A stretch of 64,000 nt of DNA from Cyanobacteria bacterium REEB446. GTDB lineage: Bacteria > Cyanobacteriota > Vampirovibrionia > LMEP-6097. The DNA is taken from contig JAGWWP010000001.1 of NCBI GenBank assembly GCA_018970325.1, positions 7,889-71,888 on the forward strand, written 5' to 3'. Each line of letters begins with the position of its first letter. Position 1 is the stretch's first letter. A program made the translations under genes and the position numbers. The notes under the pieces were generated by a model that did not search any database, was not told the origin of the DNA, and worked only from the letters and a program-made list of their open reading frames with translations. Positions 41,684 to 51,494 of the stretch are shown here, in pieces.

Positions 41684-44347
41684 GTGTTAAAGAATGATGA
41701 AAAGCAAATAAAAATATTTGAGACTGGCTCTAAATGGCTAAGAGCTGATTTTCATCTACATACTCGTGCAGATAAAGAATTTATTTATACTAAAAACGAG
41801 AACGATTTTATAAGTGATTATATTAAAGGACTAAAAAAAGCTGATATTCGACTCGGCGTGATTACTAATCATAATAAATTTGACTTAAGTGAGTTTAAGG
41901 CACTAAGGAAGGCTGCTCGCAGAGAAGAAATTTGCTTGCTTCCTGGAGTAGAACTCTCTGTAAATGAAGGTAGTAGCGGGGTTCATGTACTAGTAATTTT
42001 TAATCCAGATGAATGGATAAAATCTGAGAGCGATTTAATTAATCCTTTCATTAGCTCAATGTTTCCTGGAAAAACTAAAATAGAATATGAAAACGAAAAT
42101 GCTAATTCGGATAAAAATCTTATAGATACCATTGAAGAGCTTGGTAAAAGGAATCTTGATTACTTCATAATTTTTGCTCATGTAGAAAATAACAAGGGAC
42201 TATGGAAAGAAGTCAATGGTGCTAAACTCACTCAATTTTTCACAGAAGAACGTTACACCGTTCTAAAAGAAAGATGTTTAGGATTTCAAAAAGTTCGCAC
42301 CCATGATGTTGCAGAGCATCCTTGTAGGCTTAAAGTTCAAAACCGGCTTGGTAATTGGTATCCAGCAGAACTAGAAGGTAGTGATTGTAAAAAAATAGAA
42401 GACATCGGTAAAGGCAAAACAACATATCTTAAATTAGGCAGCTTTAATTTTGAAGCGATAAAACATGCTCTATTAGATTATAAAAGCCGTGTCAGAGAGA
42501 GCCTTCCAGAAATCAAACATTCATACATCCAAAAAATCAGCTTCACAGAAGGAGTAGGGAGCTTATCCTCTCAGACAATAAATTTCTCAGCAGCTTTAAA
42601 TACTCTCATCGGCATTAGAGGCAGTGGTAAATCATCTCTCATAGAAGTTTTGCGCTATGCTTTAGATCTCTCTGTAGGAGATAATGATAAAAAATATAAA
42701 AATGATTTGATTGACAAAGCATTAGGCAGCTCAGGTAAGCTAATACTAAATCTAGTAGACTGTCATAATCAGGAATATGAAATTCATAAAATAAAAGATC
42801 AAAGCTCAGACATATATTTAAATGGCAATAAAATAAGTGGAATTTCTATAAAAGATACTATAATCCGTAATCCTATTTACTTTGGGCAAAAAGATTTAAC
42901 GGGATTATCATCAGAAAACACTCTAATTGAGAAATTCCTAGAAAGAGAATTAAGGGATATTCGCCTAAAAATTAATCAAAAATCTGATGAAGTAAAAACC
43001 TATCTAGATAAGCTTTCCAAAAGATCTAAGGCTGAAGAAGCTTATAAGGAGCAGCTAGGCATTATTACGAACAACACGCATAGATTAGAAACATATAAAA
43101 AATATAATTTAGAAGAGAAACTTAATGAAAGTCTAGAACTAGAGAAAGATTTAGATTACATAGAAAAAAGTAAATCTATAACAGAAGATTTTATAAATAA
43201 ATTCAATGTGTTCCTGAATACTTATACAGATACCTTAAAGAATTTTCCAATGCGTGAATCCAAGCACAATAAGGACTTAGTTAGCGAATCTATAAACAAA
43301 AATCAAGAATTTCAACAAATACTAGAGTCCTTAAAAATCTATTTAGGAAAGGCAGAAAAAATAAAAGAAGATTTCATTAATCTCTCAAACACTCTAGGAG
43401 CAAGAAAAGAATCTGCAAAAGAATCTTTTGCTGAGCTAGAAAGGAACTTAGCTTTAGAAATAGAAAACAGTTCAATCAAAAACATTAGTATAGATGATTT
43501 CAAAAAACTCACCGATGAACTCAGGAAAGCCCAAGGGATTGCAGATGAATTACTAAAAGTAATTAATGATGAAAAAAAACTCTCAGAAGCTTTTGAAAAT
43601 TCATTAAACGAATTAGAAAACCTTTGGTTAGAGGAATATAATCTAGCTAAAACGAAATTAAAAGAACTCTGTAAAGATACTAAATCCATATCCATAGAAT
43701 GTGAATACCAAAACAACAAAGAAGCTTTCCTAAACTTTATAAAGCAAATTTTTACTGGTAGCGGTAAGCAGCCTGTTACTTACAAAAAAATCAGTGAAGA
43801 GTTTAAGAATTTTATTGAATTGTATAGAACTTTAGAGAATAACTTTGAAGATAAAAAAAGCTTCTTTGGATCAAATCCAGAAGATTTTCGCAAACTCTTT
43901 AACGAAAAAATAAAAGAATTAATTACATATCAAACACCTAATAAGTACCTTATTAATTATCATGGTAAAAACTTATTACATCACTCTCTAGGACAGCGTG
44001 CATCAGCTTTAATAATATTTATTTTAACTCGTGGTGGTCACGACCTTATCGTGATTGATCAGCCAGAAGATGATTTAGATAATCAAACTATTTATGAAGA
44101 TGTTATTAAACTAATCCGTGAAATAAAACCTCAGGTACAGTTTATACTTGCCACTCATAATCCTAATATTCCAGTGCTTGCTGATGCAGAATTAGTACAG
44201 GTCTGCTCTTTTACTAATGAAAAGATAGAAATTAGCTCTGGCAGCATTGATGAACCAAATACACAGAAACAAATTATTAATATCATGGAAGGTGGCAAAG
44301 AAGCTTTTGATCGCAGAAAGGAAATATATAAAAAATGGAATCCCTAG
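41684..44347 (+). CDS. PHP phosphoesterase domain fused to SMC/ABC-type coiled-coil ATPase (Ppl-like defence protein)
   Basis: N-terminal PHP motifs ADFHLHT, ITNHN, GVELSV, HVLVIF; Walker A GIRGSGKSS; long coiled-coil; C-terminal signature/Walker B/His-loop ...LGQRASALIIF...LIVIDQPEDDLD...ATHNP. Confidence 0.65.
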   Translation: MLKNDEKQIKIFETGSKWLRADFHLHTRADKEFIYTKNENDFISDYIKGLKKADIRLGVITNHNKFDLSEFKALRKAARREEICLLPGVELSVNEGSSGVHVLVIFNPDEWIKSESDLINPFISSMFPGKTKIEYENENANSDKNLIDTIEELGKRNLDYFIIFAHVENNKGLWKEVNGAKLTQFFTEERYTVLKERCLGFQKVRTHDVAEHPCRLKVQNRLGNWYPAELEGSDCKKIEDIGKGKTTYLKLGSFNFEAIKHALLDYKSRVRESLPEIKHSYIQKISFTEGVGSLSSQTINFSAALNTLIGIRGSGKSSLIEVLRYALDLSVGDNDKKYKNDLIDKALGSSGKLILNLVDCHNQEYEIHKIKDQSSDIYLNGNKISGISIKDTIIRNPIYFGQKDLTGLSSENTLIEKFLERELRDIRLKINQKSDEVKTYLDKLSKRSKAEEAYKEQLGIITNNTHRLETYKKYNLEEKLNESLELEKDLDYIEKSKSITEDFINKFNVFLNTYTDTLKNFPMRESKHNKDLVSESINKNQEFQQILESLKIYLGKAEKIKEDFINLSNTLGARKESAKESFAELERNLALEIENSSIKNISIDDFKKLTDELRKAQGIADELLKVINDEKKLSEAFENSLNELENLWLEEYNLAKTKLKELCKDTKSISIECEYQNNKEAFLNFIKQIFTGSGKQPVTYKKISEEFKNFIELYRTLENNFEDKKSFFGSNPEDFRKLFNEKIKELITYQTPNKYLINYHGKNLLHHSLGQRASALIIFILTRGGHDLIVIDQPEDDLDNQTIYEDVIKLIREIKPQVQFILATHNPNIPVLADAELVQVCSFTNEKIEISSGSIDEPNTQKQIINIMEGGKEAFDRRKEIYKKWNP

Positions 44348-45498
44348 ATATAATATTAGCTACAGCTCGGGGAGAGGATTCCACTCACCAATTAAAAAGT
44401 AATTATTCTAATCTAGAGCAGCTTAGTGCAGATATGGTAGCGTTCAGCAATAGCCATGGAGGTAACATTCTTATTGGTATTCAAGAATTTAAAGATGAAG
44501 CCAATACCATAATCGGTCTTAGTGATCAGGAAATTAAAAATTTGAATCAAATGATTTCCAATGCAGCAAGTCAAGGAGTAATTCCAGCTATAAATCCCAA
44601 AACTTCTATTGTCGAAGTAAATAGCAAAATGGTACTAGTAATAGAAATTCCAGAAGGAATAAATAAGCCTTACCAAGATAAAAATGGTATCTTCTGGGTT
44701 AGAAGCGGCTCTGATAAACGTAAAGCTACGGCGAGAGAAGAATTACAAAGACTATTTCAGAATGCTGGTCTAGTACACGCAGATGAAGTTCCTGTAAGTG
44801 GTTCTAATATTTCTGACTTAGATTTAGATTACTTTAGTAAATTCTATGAAAAGCGTTTTGGCAGAAGCTTAGAAAATGAATTTCTCTCGCTAGATAAAAT
44901 CTTAGAAAATATGAATCTAGCTCAGAATCAGCAATTAAATCTAGCAGCGACCTTATTATTCAGCAAAAATCCAGACTTCCGCCTACCAGCATTTATTGTA
45001 AAAGCTCGTTCTTACTTAAGTGATACTACTAATGAGAATTCATATCTAGATAGTTTAGATATAAGAGGTAGATTAGCAGATGTTTTCCACAGATCAGTAA
45101 ATTTTATTTTGATGAATATTCATCATATTCAAGCTGGACAAAATGTCAACAGTGTAGGTGAATCAGAAATTCCTCGTATAGTACTAGAAGAGCTTATCGC
45201 AAATGCCTTAATGCACAGAGACTACTTTATCTCAGCACCTATTAGAATTTTTGTTTTTCCTAGTCGTATCGAAATTATCAGTCCAGGACACCTACCTAAT
45301 AACCTAAGCATTGAGAATATTAAAGCTGGTAACTCAAATATGCGAAACCCGGTCTTAGCTTCTTTCGCTGTCAATTTATTACCATATCAAGGGATCGGAA
45401 CAGGTATCCTAAGGGCTTTGAGTAACTATCCAGATATTGACTTTGAGAATGATCGTAATAATAACCAATTCAAATGTACTATTCACAGGAGTCAGTAA
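44335..45498 (+). CDS. AlbA_2 (Schlafen-like) + HATPase_c_4 domain protein (putative nucleic-acid-binding/ATP-binding regulator)
   Basis: N-terminal AlbA_2-like region (FSNSHGGNILIGI), C-terminal divergent GHKL motif ELIANALMHRDY; overlaps upstream gene by 13 nt. Confidence 0.6.
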   Translation: MESLDIILATARGEDSTHQLKSNYSNLEQLSADMVAFSNSHGGNILIGIQEFKDEANTIIGLSDQEIKNLNQMISNAASQGVIPAINPKTSIVEVNSKMVLVIEIPEGINKPYQDKNGIFWVRSGSDKRKATAREELQRLFQNAGLVHADEVPVSGSNISDLDLDYFSKFYEKRFGRSLENEFLSLDKILENMNLAQNQQLNLAATLLFSKNPDFRLPAFIVKARSYLSDTTNENSYLDSLDIRGRLADVFHRSVNFILMNIHHIQAGQNVNSVGESEIPRIVLEELIANALMHRDYFISAPIRIFVFPSRIEIISPGHLPNNLSIENIKAGNSNMRNPVLASFAVNLLPYQGIGTGILRALSNYPDIDFENDRNNNQFKCTIHRSQ

Positions 45499-45539
45499 AA
45501 TAATTTAAGATGTCTTTAAAAAAGCTACACGCTCAGAAT

Positions 45540-48500
45540 TCATTTTAAATCTTCTATTAATTTAGCCAATGCTATTCGATCAATCCACTCAATATTATGT
45601 TCTTGACTCATGCGACTTAATTCAGCCTGGTGACAATCTTTGTAGGTGCCATTCGTGATAAACATCGCTCTATCAATATTATAATAACTACTGTAGCTCT
45701 TTAAAACTTCGGGAAAACTCATTAATTTATTACGATCTCCGTAATCTTTACCCCCGTGTACATGTTTAACCTGTGCTGCGATTTGTTTGCCATTTTCATC
45801 ATCGAAAATAAAATCAACTCCAATATCTCTAGGTTTTTTGACCACATAACCTTTCTTTTCAAAAATACGCCTAATAATTTTCTCAAACTCTAGTCCCTGT
45901 TGGCTTTTATTTTGATATTTAATAGAATCTATCTCATCTAAAGAAGGAATTTTACTATCTGTATCTGTCTTGGGGTCTAGTTCTTTACTCATTTCTTTTA
46001 AGATGTCTCCTTCTGAAATATTTTGTGTATAACTCAAATCAAAGAGATTTTTTCTAGCTGTACGCTTTATTTCTAGCCTATCGTGAAGATTTTTCTCAAA
46101 AGTATGCTCTGCTACGAAATAGTACACATAAACATTTTTCTTCTGTCCCGTTCTATAAGCTCTACATGTAGCTTGATCTTCGACTGCGGGATTCCACCAA
46201 CGAGTTAGATGCAGCACATGATTAGCTTCTTGGAGGTTTAAACCCATACCAGCACAGCGTGGTGATAGAACTAAAGCTGAAAAACCATTTTCTGCCTGAA
46301 ATTTCTTTAAATTATCTTTTTTATCTTCCTCTGAAAGTTTACTGTTAATAGGAGCTAGACTTAAATTAAAATGATCGTTAATGAAGTCCTGGACTGCTTC
46401 TTGATAATGATTATATTCACAGAAAACTAAAGCTTTTTCATTTTTTTTCTTTATGTCTTTTAGTAAGTCTTTTAATTTACCTAAACGATCATTTTCAGTA
46501 AACCATTCTTGGAAATGAGGTTTAGTATAAATCTTGCCATTAGCAAGAAACCTATGTATGGAAGATTGTTTAATTAAACCTACTTTTTTCAGAGCAGGAT
46601 ATTTGCTTTTTAAAATACTATGTATGTGTTCCTCAGATTCTTCTTCAAGTTTAAAGGAAACGTTCGTTGAAACTAGTTCAGGGAGATCTTTCTTTAATTC
46701 AGGATCTTCTTTTAGCCGACCATTGGCATAGCCTTTAGTGAAATTGCCAAATTCTAGGCTTGTAATCAGATCTTTAAAACAACGTTCTCTTTCGCTATCT
46801 GGTAAATCTTGGTTAAAAAAAGCTTGATATTTTTTCCTAAAATCTTTTAATGATCCTAAAAGACCTGCATGAGAGCTATCCATAATATTCCAAAGCTCAG
46901 ACATATCATTTTCGATAGGTGTTCCACTCATGAGAATTTTAAAAGTAACATTAGTCGCTATCGCTTTTAATACAGTAGATACCTGCGTTTTAGCTGACTT
47001 AGCTTTTTGTACTTCGTCGCAGAGTAATAATGACCATGGAATTTGAGCGAAAGAATGCTGATAATTAACCATGGTGTCATAGGTGATAATGATGCATTTA
47101 TGTTTTAAAAGTAAATTTTTATCTAATAAAGGATAGCCTAGTTTCCCTTCAGGGACAGCTTTAGCACTGCTATCTCGGAAATATTTTTTAGGAGAAATCG
47201 ATTTAGCAGCTGTTTGAGAACCATGTAAAATAGTAAAATCAAATTCTTTACTATCTATAAAAAAATTTTTAGCTTGCTCCTCGAAGTTATCTAAAAGTAT
47301 AGGTGGAACTACTATTAAAATAGGCTTAAAATCTGTTTCGGGGAAACGCTTTTGCCAAATAGATCTCATTAGTAGTTTAATGAAACACATGGTCTGAAAA
47401 GTCTTACCTAAGCCCATATCATCAGCTAGAAGCACACCTGGATACGAAGCCATAAAGCAGTTTACCAACCATTCTATACATTGTTTTTGATAAGGGAAAA
47501 TATTAATCCCATCTTTCGTATCGATTAAACTCCAGTCTAAATGGGTGTTTAACTCATCAGTACTTTGTCTTTCATCATATTCTCGAATTTCGGCATTAGT
47601 CTGAATAATCAGTGCTTTATCATTCTCTGCTTTAGGAATGTTTTCAGAGTTAGTTTCTGCTTTTAGGCTTTTTTGAAATAATTTACTACCTTTATCTAAG
47701 CAGCTATTTATATAGTGAAAAGACTCTTGGCGCGTTATATCTAGTTCGACCTCATCACCTGTTTTGCTATCTTTTAGAAGATAGCTGCGTTGTGATTCTT
47801 TCGCTGCTAATTTAAGGTCTTCTTTAGCAATATTTAAATCTTCTTGATTGAGAAAAACGCTTTTATTTTCCTCTCCTTGATTTGAGTTGCCTAGATTAAT
47901 TTTTATAAAATTATCATCCTCTAAAATGACAGCATTTTGCTTATTATCTGCTTCTATAAGCTCATCCATGCCATCGAAAATTGTTTTCTGTTGAACTTTA
48001 CCAAACTGTCCTGGGATGACTATCGGTTTACCGATTCCTATTACTCTAGGACCGTATTGGCTAACATCTAGATTAAAAATATTATAGAACTCTGGAAGCT
48101 CTTTTAGAATTGAGCTATCAGAGTGATATTTTAATTTCTCAATTATTTCATCACTCGCCTTATGGTGATAATCGGTCTTTAATTTAAGGAGAGCCTTTTT
48201 AGTAGAGGGATTTAAGCCTAAATCTATATTCTCACCATTCGCTGTCCTAATTTTTATAGTATTGGACTGGGTATCCCAGATTCTTAAGCCTCTTTGTATC
48301 GCTTCTAAAGCTTTTTCTGTGCTTTCATATTTTAAAACCTCGCCTAACTCTTCATTAAAGGGTACTAAAGATGCTAAGTCTTCACTGCTACTAACTTCTA
48401 GAGATTTAGTGGCATATAAGTCGAACTTATTATAATGAAATATTTTTATGTCACTCAGTCTTAAATCATTTAGTAAAAGTGAATTATCACTATCATGCTT

Positions 48501-49193
48501 AGTAATCCATTCATGCACTTTCTGTAAAGCACTTATGATAACTGGATTATTCGCTGACCAGAGTTCCTTTTGATTTATATAACTATCAAAGAGTTGGTAA
48601 ATCCAGTATGGTAATACTGTAAGAGACTGCTTTTTAGCCTTAAGATTTAAATCTAAAATTAAGCCATTTTCTTTAACTTTATCTGTAATATTTTGAAAGC
48701 CATTTTCAGTTTTCATTGAAAGCCATAGCTCTACTTCACTACCGCTAAATTCAGCGGTTACTTTAAATTCTTTATTAGTGTTTAAGACAGGAAAATAATC
48801 TAAGATTTTTCTATCCTCATCTAAAGCTATTTTCAAGCTTAGAGTACCTTCACCTTCGCTATCTTCCTCCTCTTCCTCAGAGCTAAAATTAATTCCTAAA
48901 GTCTCAGCAGTTTCTTTATCTAAAGAGCTTTTCTGTAAATTAATTAGAAAATTATTTTTTAAATTCTCGTAATTTATAAAATAATCGCCATTATCATCAA
49001 TGTTGAAAAAATTTTTATTGTTTAAAACATTATAGATACTCAGATCGTCATGGAATGCCTTTTCTAGACTTAATCTTAGACCATGAAACACGGGCTTTAA
49101 TCTGAAGCGAGTCTTTAAAAAGCTTTTCCCTGTAGTTTTATTAGAACTCTTTTTTTTGAATAGATCTAAAAAGGCATTTAATGAACTAGGCAT
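45540..49193 (-). CDS. zorD: ZorD-like: SNF2-family helicase with C-terminal Mrr-type restriction endonuclease domain
   Basis: SNF2_N LLADDMGLGKTFQTM, DEVQ box LLCDEVQKAK, helicase C motifs, C-terminal Mrr_cat-like GLEFEKIIRRIF...IGVDFIFDD...QVKH; last gene of zorABCD-like operon. Confidence 0.6.
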   Translation of the reverse strand: MPSSLNAFLDLFKKKSSNKTTGKSFLKTRFRLKPVFHGLRLSLEKAFHDDLSIYNVLNNKNFFNIDDNGDYFINYENLKNNFLINLQKSSLDKETAETLGINFSSEEEEEDSEGEGTLSLKIALDEDRKILDYFPVLNTNKEFKVTAEFSGSEVELWLSMKTENGFQNITDKVKENGLILDLNLKAKKQSLTVLPYWIYQLFDSYINQKELWSANNPVIISALQKVHEWITKHDSDNSLLLNDLRLSDIKIFHYNKFDLYATKSLEVSSSEDLASLVPFNEELGEVLKYESTEKALEAIQRGLRIWDTQSNTIKIRTANGENIDLGLNPSTKKALLKLKTDYHHKASDEIIEKLKYHSDSSILKELPEFYNIFNLDVSQYGPRVIGIGKPIVIPGQFGKVQQKTIFDGMDELIEADNKQNAVILEDDNFIKINLGNSNQGEENKSVFLNQEDLNIAKEDLKLAAKESQRSYLLKDSKTGDEVELDITRQESFHYINSCLDKGSKLFQKSLKAETNSENIPKAENDKALIIQTNAEIREYDERQSTDELNTHLDWSLIDTKDGINIFPYQKQCIEWLVNCFMASYPGVLLADDMGLGKTFQTMCFIKLLMRSIWQKRFPETDFKPILIVVPPILLDNFEEQAKNFFIDSKEFDFTILHGSQTAAKSISPKKYFRDSSAKAVPEGKLGYPLLDKNLLLKHKCIIITYDTMVNYQHSFAQIPWSLLLCDEVQKAKSAKTQVSTVLKAIATNVTFKILMSGTPIENDMSELWNIMDSSHAGLLGSLKDFRKKYQAFFNQDLPDSERERCFKDLITSLEFGNFTKGYANGRLKEDPELKKDLPELVSTNVSFKLEEESEEHIHSILKSKYPALKKVGLIKQSSIHRFLANGKIYTKPHFQEWFTENDRLGKLKDLLKDIKKKNEKALVFCEYNHYQEAVQDFINDHFNLSLAPINSKLSEEDKKDNLKKFQAENGFSALVLSPRCAGMGLNLQEANHVLHLTRWWNPAVEDQATCRAYRTGQKKNVYVYYFVAEHTFEKNLHDRLEIKRTARKNLFDLSYTQNISEGDILKEMSKELDPKTDTDSKIPSLDEIDSIKYQNKSQQGLEFEKIIRRIFEKKGYVVKKPRDIGVDFIFDDENGKQIAAQVKHVHGGKDYGDRNKLMSFPEVLKSYSSYYNIDRAMFITNGTYKDCHQAELSRMSQEHNIEWIDRIALAKLIEDLK

Positions 49194-50754
49194 AATTAAT
49201 TTCTTCTCCAGTCTTAGGGTTTCTAGGGGTTAGCTCATATAGCTCTTTCATCATGCACGTAACGGACTCATTCCAAAAGCGATTACTACGACTAAAACGC
49301 CAGTGAGGAGATCTCCTGAATGATGCTTGATCTTTTTTTGCATCGTAAACTATATCTGTAAAAATGAAATAATCTCTAAGGCGAATTGGTACACTGATAT
49401 TTTTACCGAAATAAGTGTCATAAAACCTTAGAAGGATCTTCTCATTCTCAGAAAGAGAAGGTTTGTTTTTTATAGAGTTAATATTATAGACATATGCAGC
49501 AGTACCAGTGTCAACTGTTTCGAAAATCAATATTTGATCTATTTTGAGAACGAAAGATGTTAAAGAAGAGTGATTTAAAATTGGCTCTATAAATAAATCA
49601 ATATCTTTTTTTTCAGTTAATTTTTTAAATTGATTTATTTTATATCGATCAGGTAAAAAAATTCTAAAATCATCAGCATAGTATAAATATCTTTGCCAGC
49701 ACTCTTTACGCCCATGTTTATCTGGAGAGTCTTTAAAGGCAAACTCAAAGAATAAATTAAAGTCTTGTTCATTAAACCAATAGCGAATTTTTTTATATAC
49801 CCCTTCGTCACTTTCCTGTAGGATCTGCCACTCAGATTTATTAATACGAGGATCACCTAGTTTATTTTTTGTAAAAGACTTTATTTCGCTCTTTTCTCGT
49901 TCATTAATATTCCACTCTATTGTTTTAAATAGCTTAATAAAGCGCTCACAGCCTTTTCTGGAACGTAGATGAGTAAAAGCATGTAAAATATTTTTAAATA
50001 GATCGAAATTAGAGCGATTAGCCAAGTATTTTTCTAAAAGATAATGGAAGTATTTAGATAGAAGATGATCTATAAAAGAATCATTAGGAAAGAATTTCAC
50101 ATAAAATTTATTAGAGGCTATTTCTAAAATGCTTTCTGATAAATTTTCATCATTAATACTCTGATTTTCTAATAAAATAAATATTTTTTCTGCCTCTGCC
50201 TGAAAGTAGACTTGTTCACTTTTTTCTTTTCTATAAGTTTCAAAATCAAGTAGCAGTGAGTGTTTTTCAAACAGATTATTAATCTGTATTTTAGAATTAC
50301 TAAGTTGGAAAAACCAATCCTCTAAAAGCTCTAACCAAAAATCATCTTTAAATTCATAGTCCTCATTTAGAATTTGAAAACGCCAAATATAGTCATTAAG
50401 CCATCTTAATAAGATACGCTGCGGTTCCTGTCTTTTAATTAAATTTCTGAATTCTAATTCATCTTCAAGACCAGACATAGAGAGACCTAGACGAACTATG
50501 GTTTTTTTAATCTTTATATCATCAGGGTTTTTAAGATATTTTCCCCATTCAGTTTTTAGATCTCCAATCTTAGTTAAGCTAATAGTGTTAAGAGACTTAG
50601 TCTTTAGTTTTCTCAAGCGAGTAATTAATGGATTGAAATGTTTAATTACGTAAGTATTATGGTGATTGAAAAATTCAGAGCTAAAGTGGGAATACTCATT
50701 TGAAGCATCTAAGAGCTTGCTTAGAGATTCTTTGATTTTTAAAACTACACTCAT
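49186..50754 (-). CDS. zorC: ZorC-like protein (unknown function)
   Basis: Size (522 aa) and position between MotB-like and SNF2 genes with overlapping start/stop codons; no motif verified. Confidence 0.4.
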   Translation of the reverse strand: MSVVLKIKESLSKLLDASNEYSHFSSEFFNHHNTYVIKHFNPLITRLRKLKTKSLNTISLTKIGDLKTEWGKYLKNPDDIKIKKTIVRLGLSMSGLEDELEFRNLIKRQEPQRILLRWLNDYIWRFQILNEDYEFKDDFWLELLEDWFFQLSNSKIQINNLFEKHSLLLDFETYRKEKSEQVYFQAEAEKIFILLENQSINDENLSESILEIASNKFYVKFFPNDSFIDHLLSKYFHYLLEKYLANRSNFDLFKNILHAFTHLRSRKGCERFIKLFKTIEWNINEREKSEIKSFTKNKLGDPRINKSEWQILQESDEGVYKKIRYWFNEQDFNLFFEFAFKDSPDKHGRKECWQRYLYYADDFRIFLPDRYKINQFKKLTEKKDIDLFIEPILNHSSLTSFVLKIDQILIFETVDTGTAAYVYNINSIKNKPSLSENEKILLRFYDTYFGKNISVPIRLRDYFIFTDIVYDAKKDQASFRRSPHWRFSRSNRFWNESVTCMMKELYELTPRNPKTGEEINYA

Positions 50755-51479
50755 TTGTTTAAATCCTTGAGATTAGACTGTAGAGCAGCACGCTGTTCAT
50801 TAGATTTTACTCTTATCGTGATTTCTACTCTGCGACTAGCATCACGATTGATATTTAAGAAATTAGGATCATTTTTTATAGAGTTAATATTTAATAACAC
50901 TGAATTCCAGTCCGCACTATTCATGAGTTTAGTACCATATTTTAAATCCTGTTCTCCACGCCCAATTAAATATAGCCACGCCAAGAGAGTTTCATATCTT
51001 GCTTGAGTGCTTGGATTTTTTTGATAATGACTTAAAATATAAGTGCCGATACTTAAAGAACGATTTTGGCTTAAATCTAAATTATTATTATCGTCTCCTA
51101 TATCATCAGTAAATCCTTCTATGTAAACACCTTGAATATAATCTCTATATTTCTCATTTCCCATCAGTATTTCAATAACACGATTAATAAAAATCTGATT
51201 TAAAAACTTTTCACAGTCTTGATTACAGGAATCGCTAGCTGTAAGAAATTTTAACTTATCTTCTTTAACTTCTATAGTACAGGCTAAAGGATCATCTTTC
51301 TTAATGACACAAGATAGATCATCGTTTTTTAGTTCTTTATTAATCTTTTTACTAATCTCTTCAATTTTCGTTATACTGCCTCTAGCGTTATTCTGAGTGA
51401 GAGCTAGCATCAGCATAATAAACACAACCGCTAAGGAGGTCATTAAATCAGTCATTGAGGATTCTAATTTAAGTGCCAT
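50751..51479 (-). CDS. zorB: ZorB-like: MotB/OmpA-family protein (N-terminal TM anchor + OmpA-like peptidoglycan-binding domain)
   Basis: TM helix LMTSLAVVFIMLMLAL; OmpA-like motif VYIEGFTDDIGDDNNNLDLSQNRSLSIGTYIL. Confidence 0.6.
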   Translation of the reverse strand: MALKLESSMTDLMTSLAVVFIMLMLALTQNNARGSITKIEEISKKINKELKNDDLSCVIKKDDPLACTIEVKEDKLKFLTASDSCNQDCEKFLNQIFINRVIEILMGNEKYRDYIQGVYIEGFTDDIGDDNNNLDLSQNRSLSIGTYILSHYQKNPSTQARYETLLAWLYLIGRGEQDLKYGTKLMNSADWNSVLLNINSIKNDPNFLNINRDASRRVEITIRVKSNEQRAALQSNLKDLNK

Positions 51480-51494
51480 AAATTAAAACTTTTA

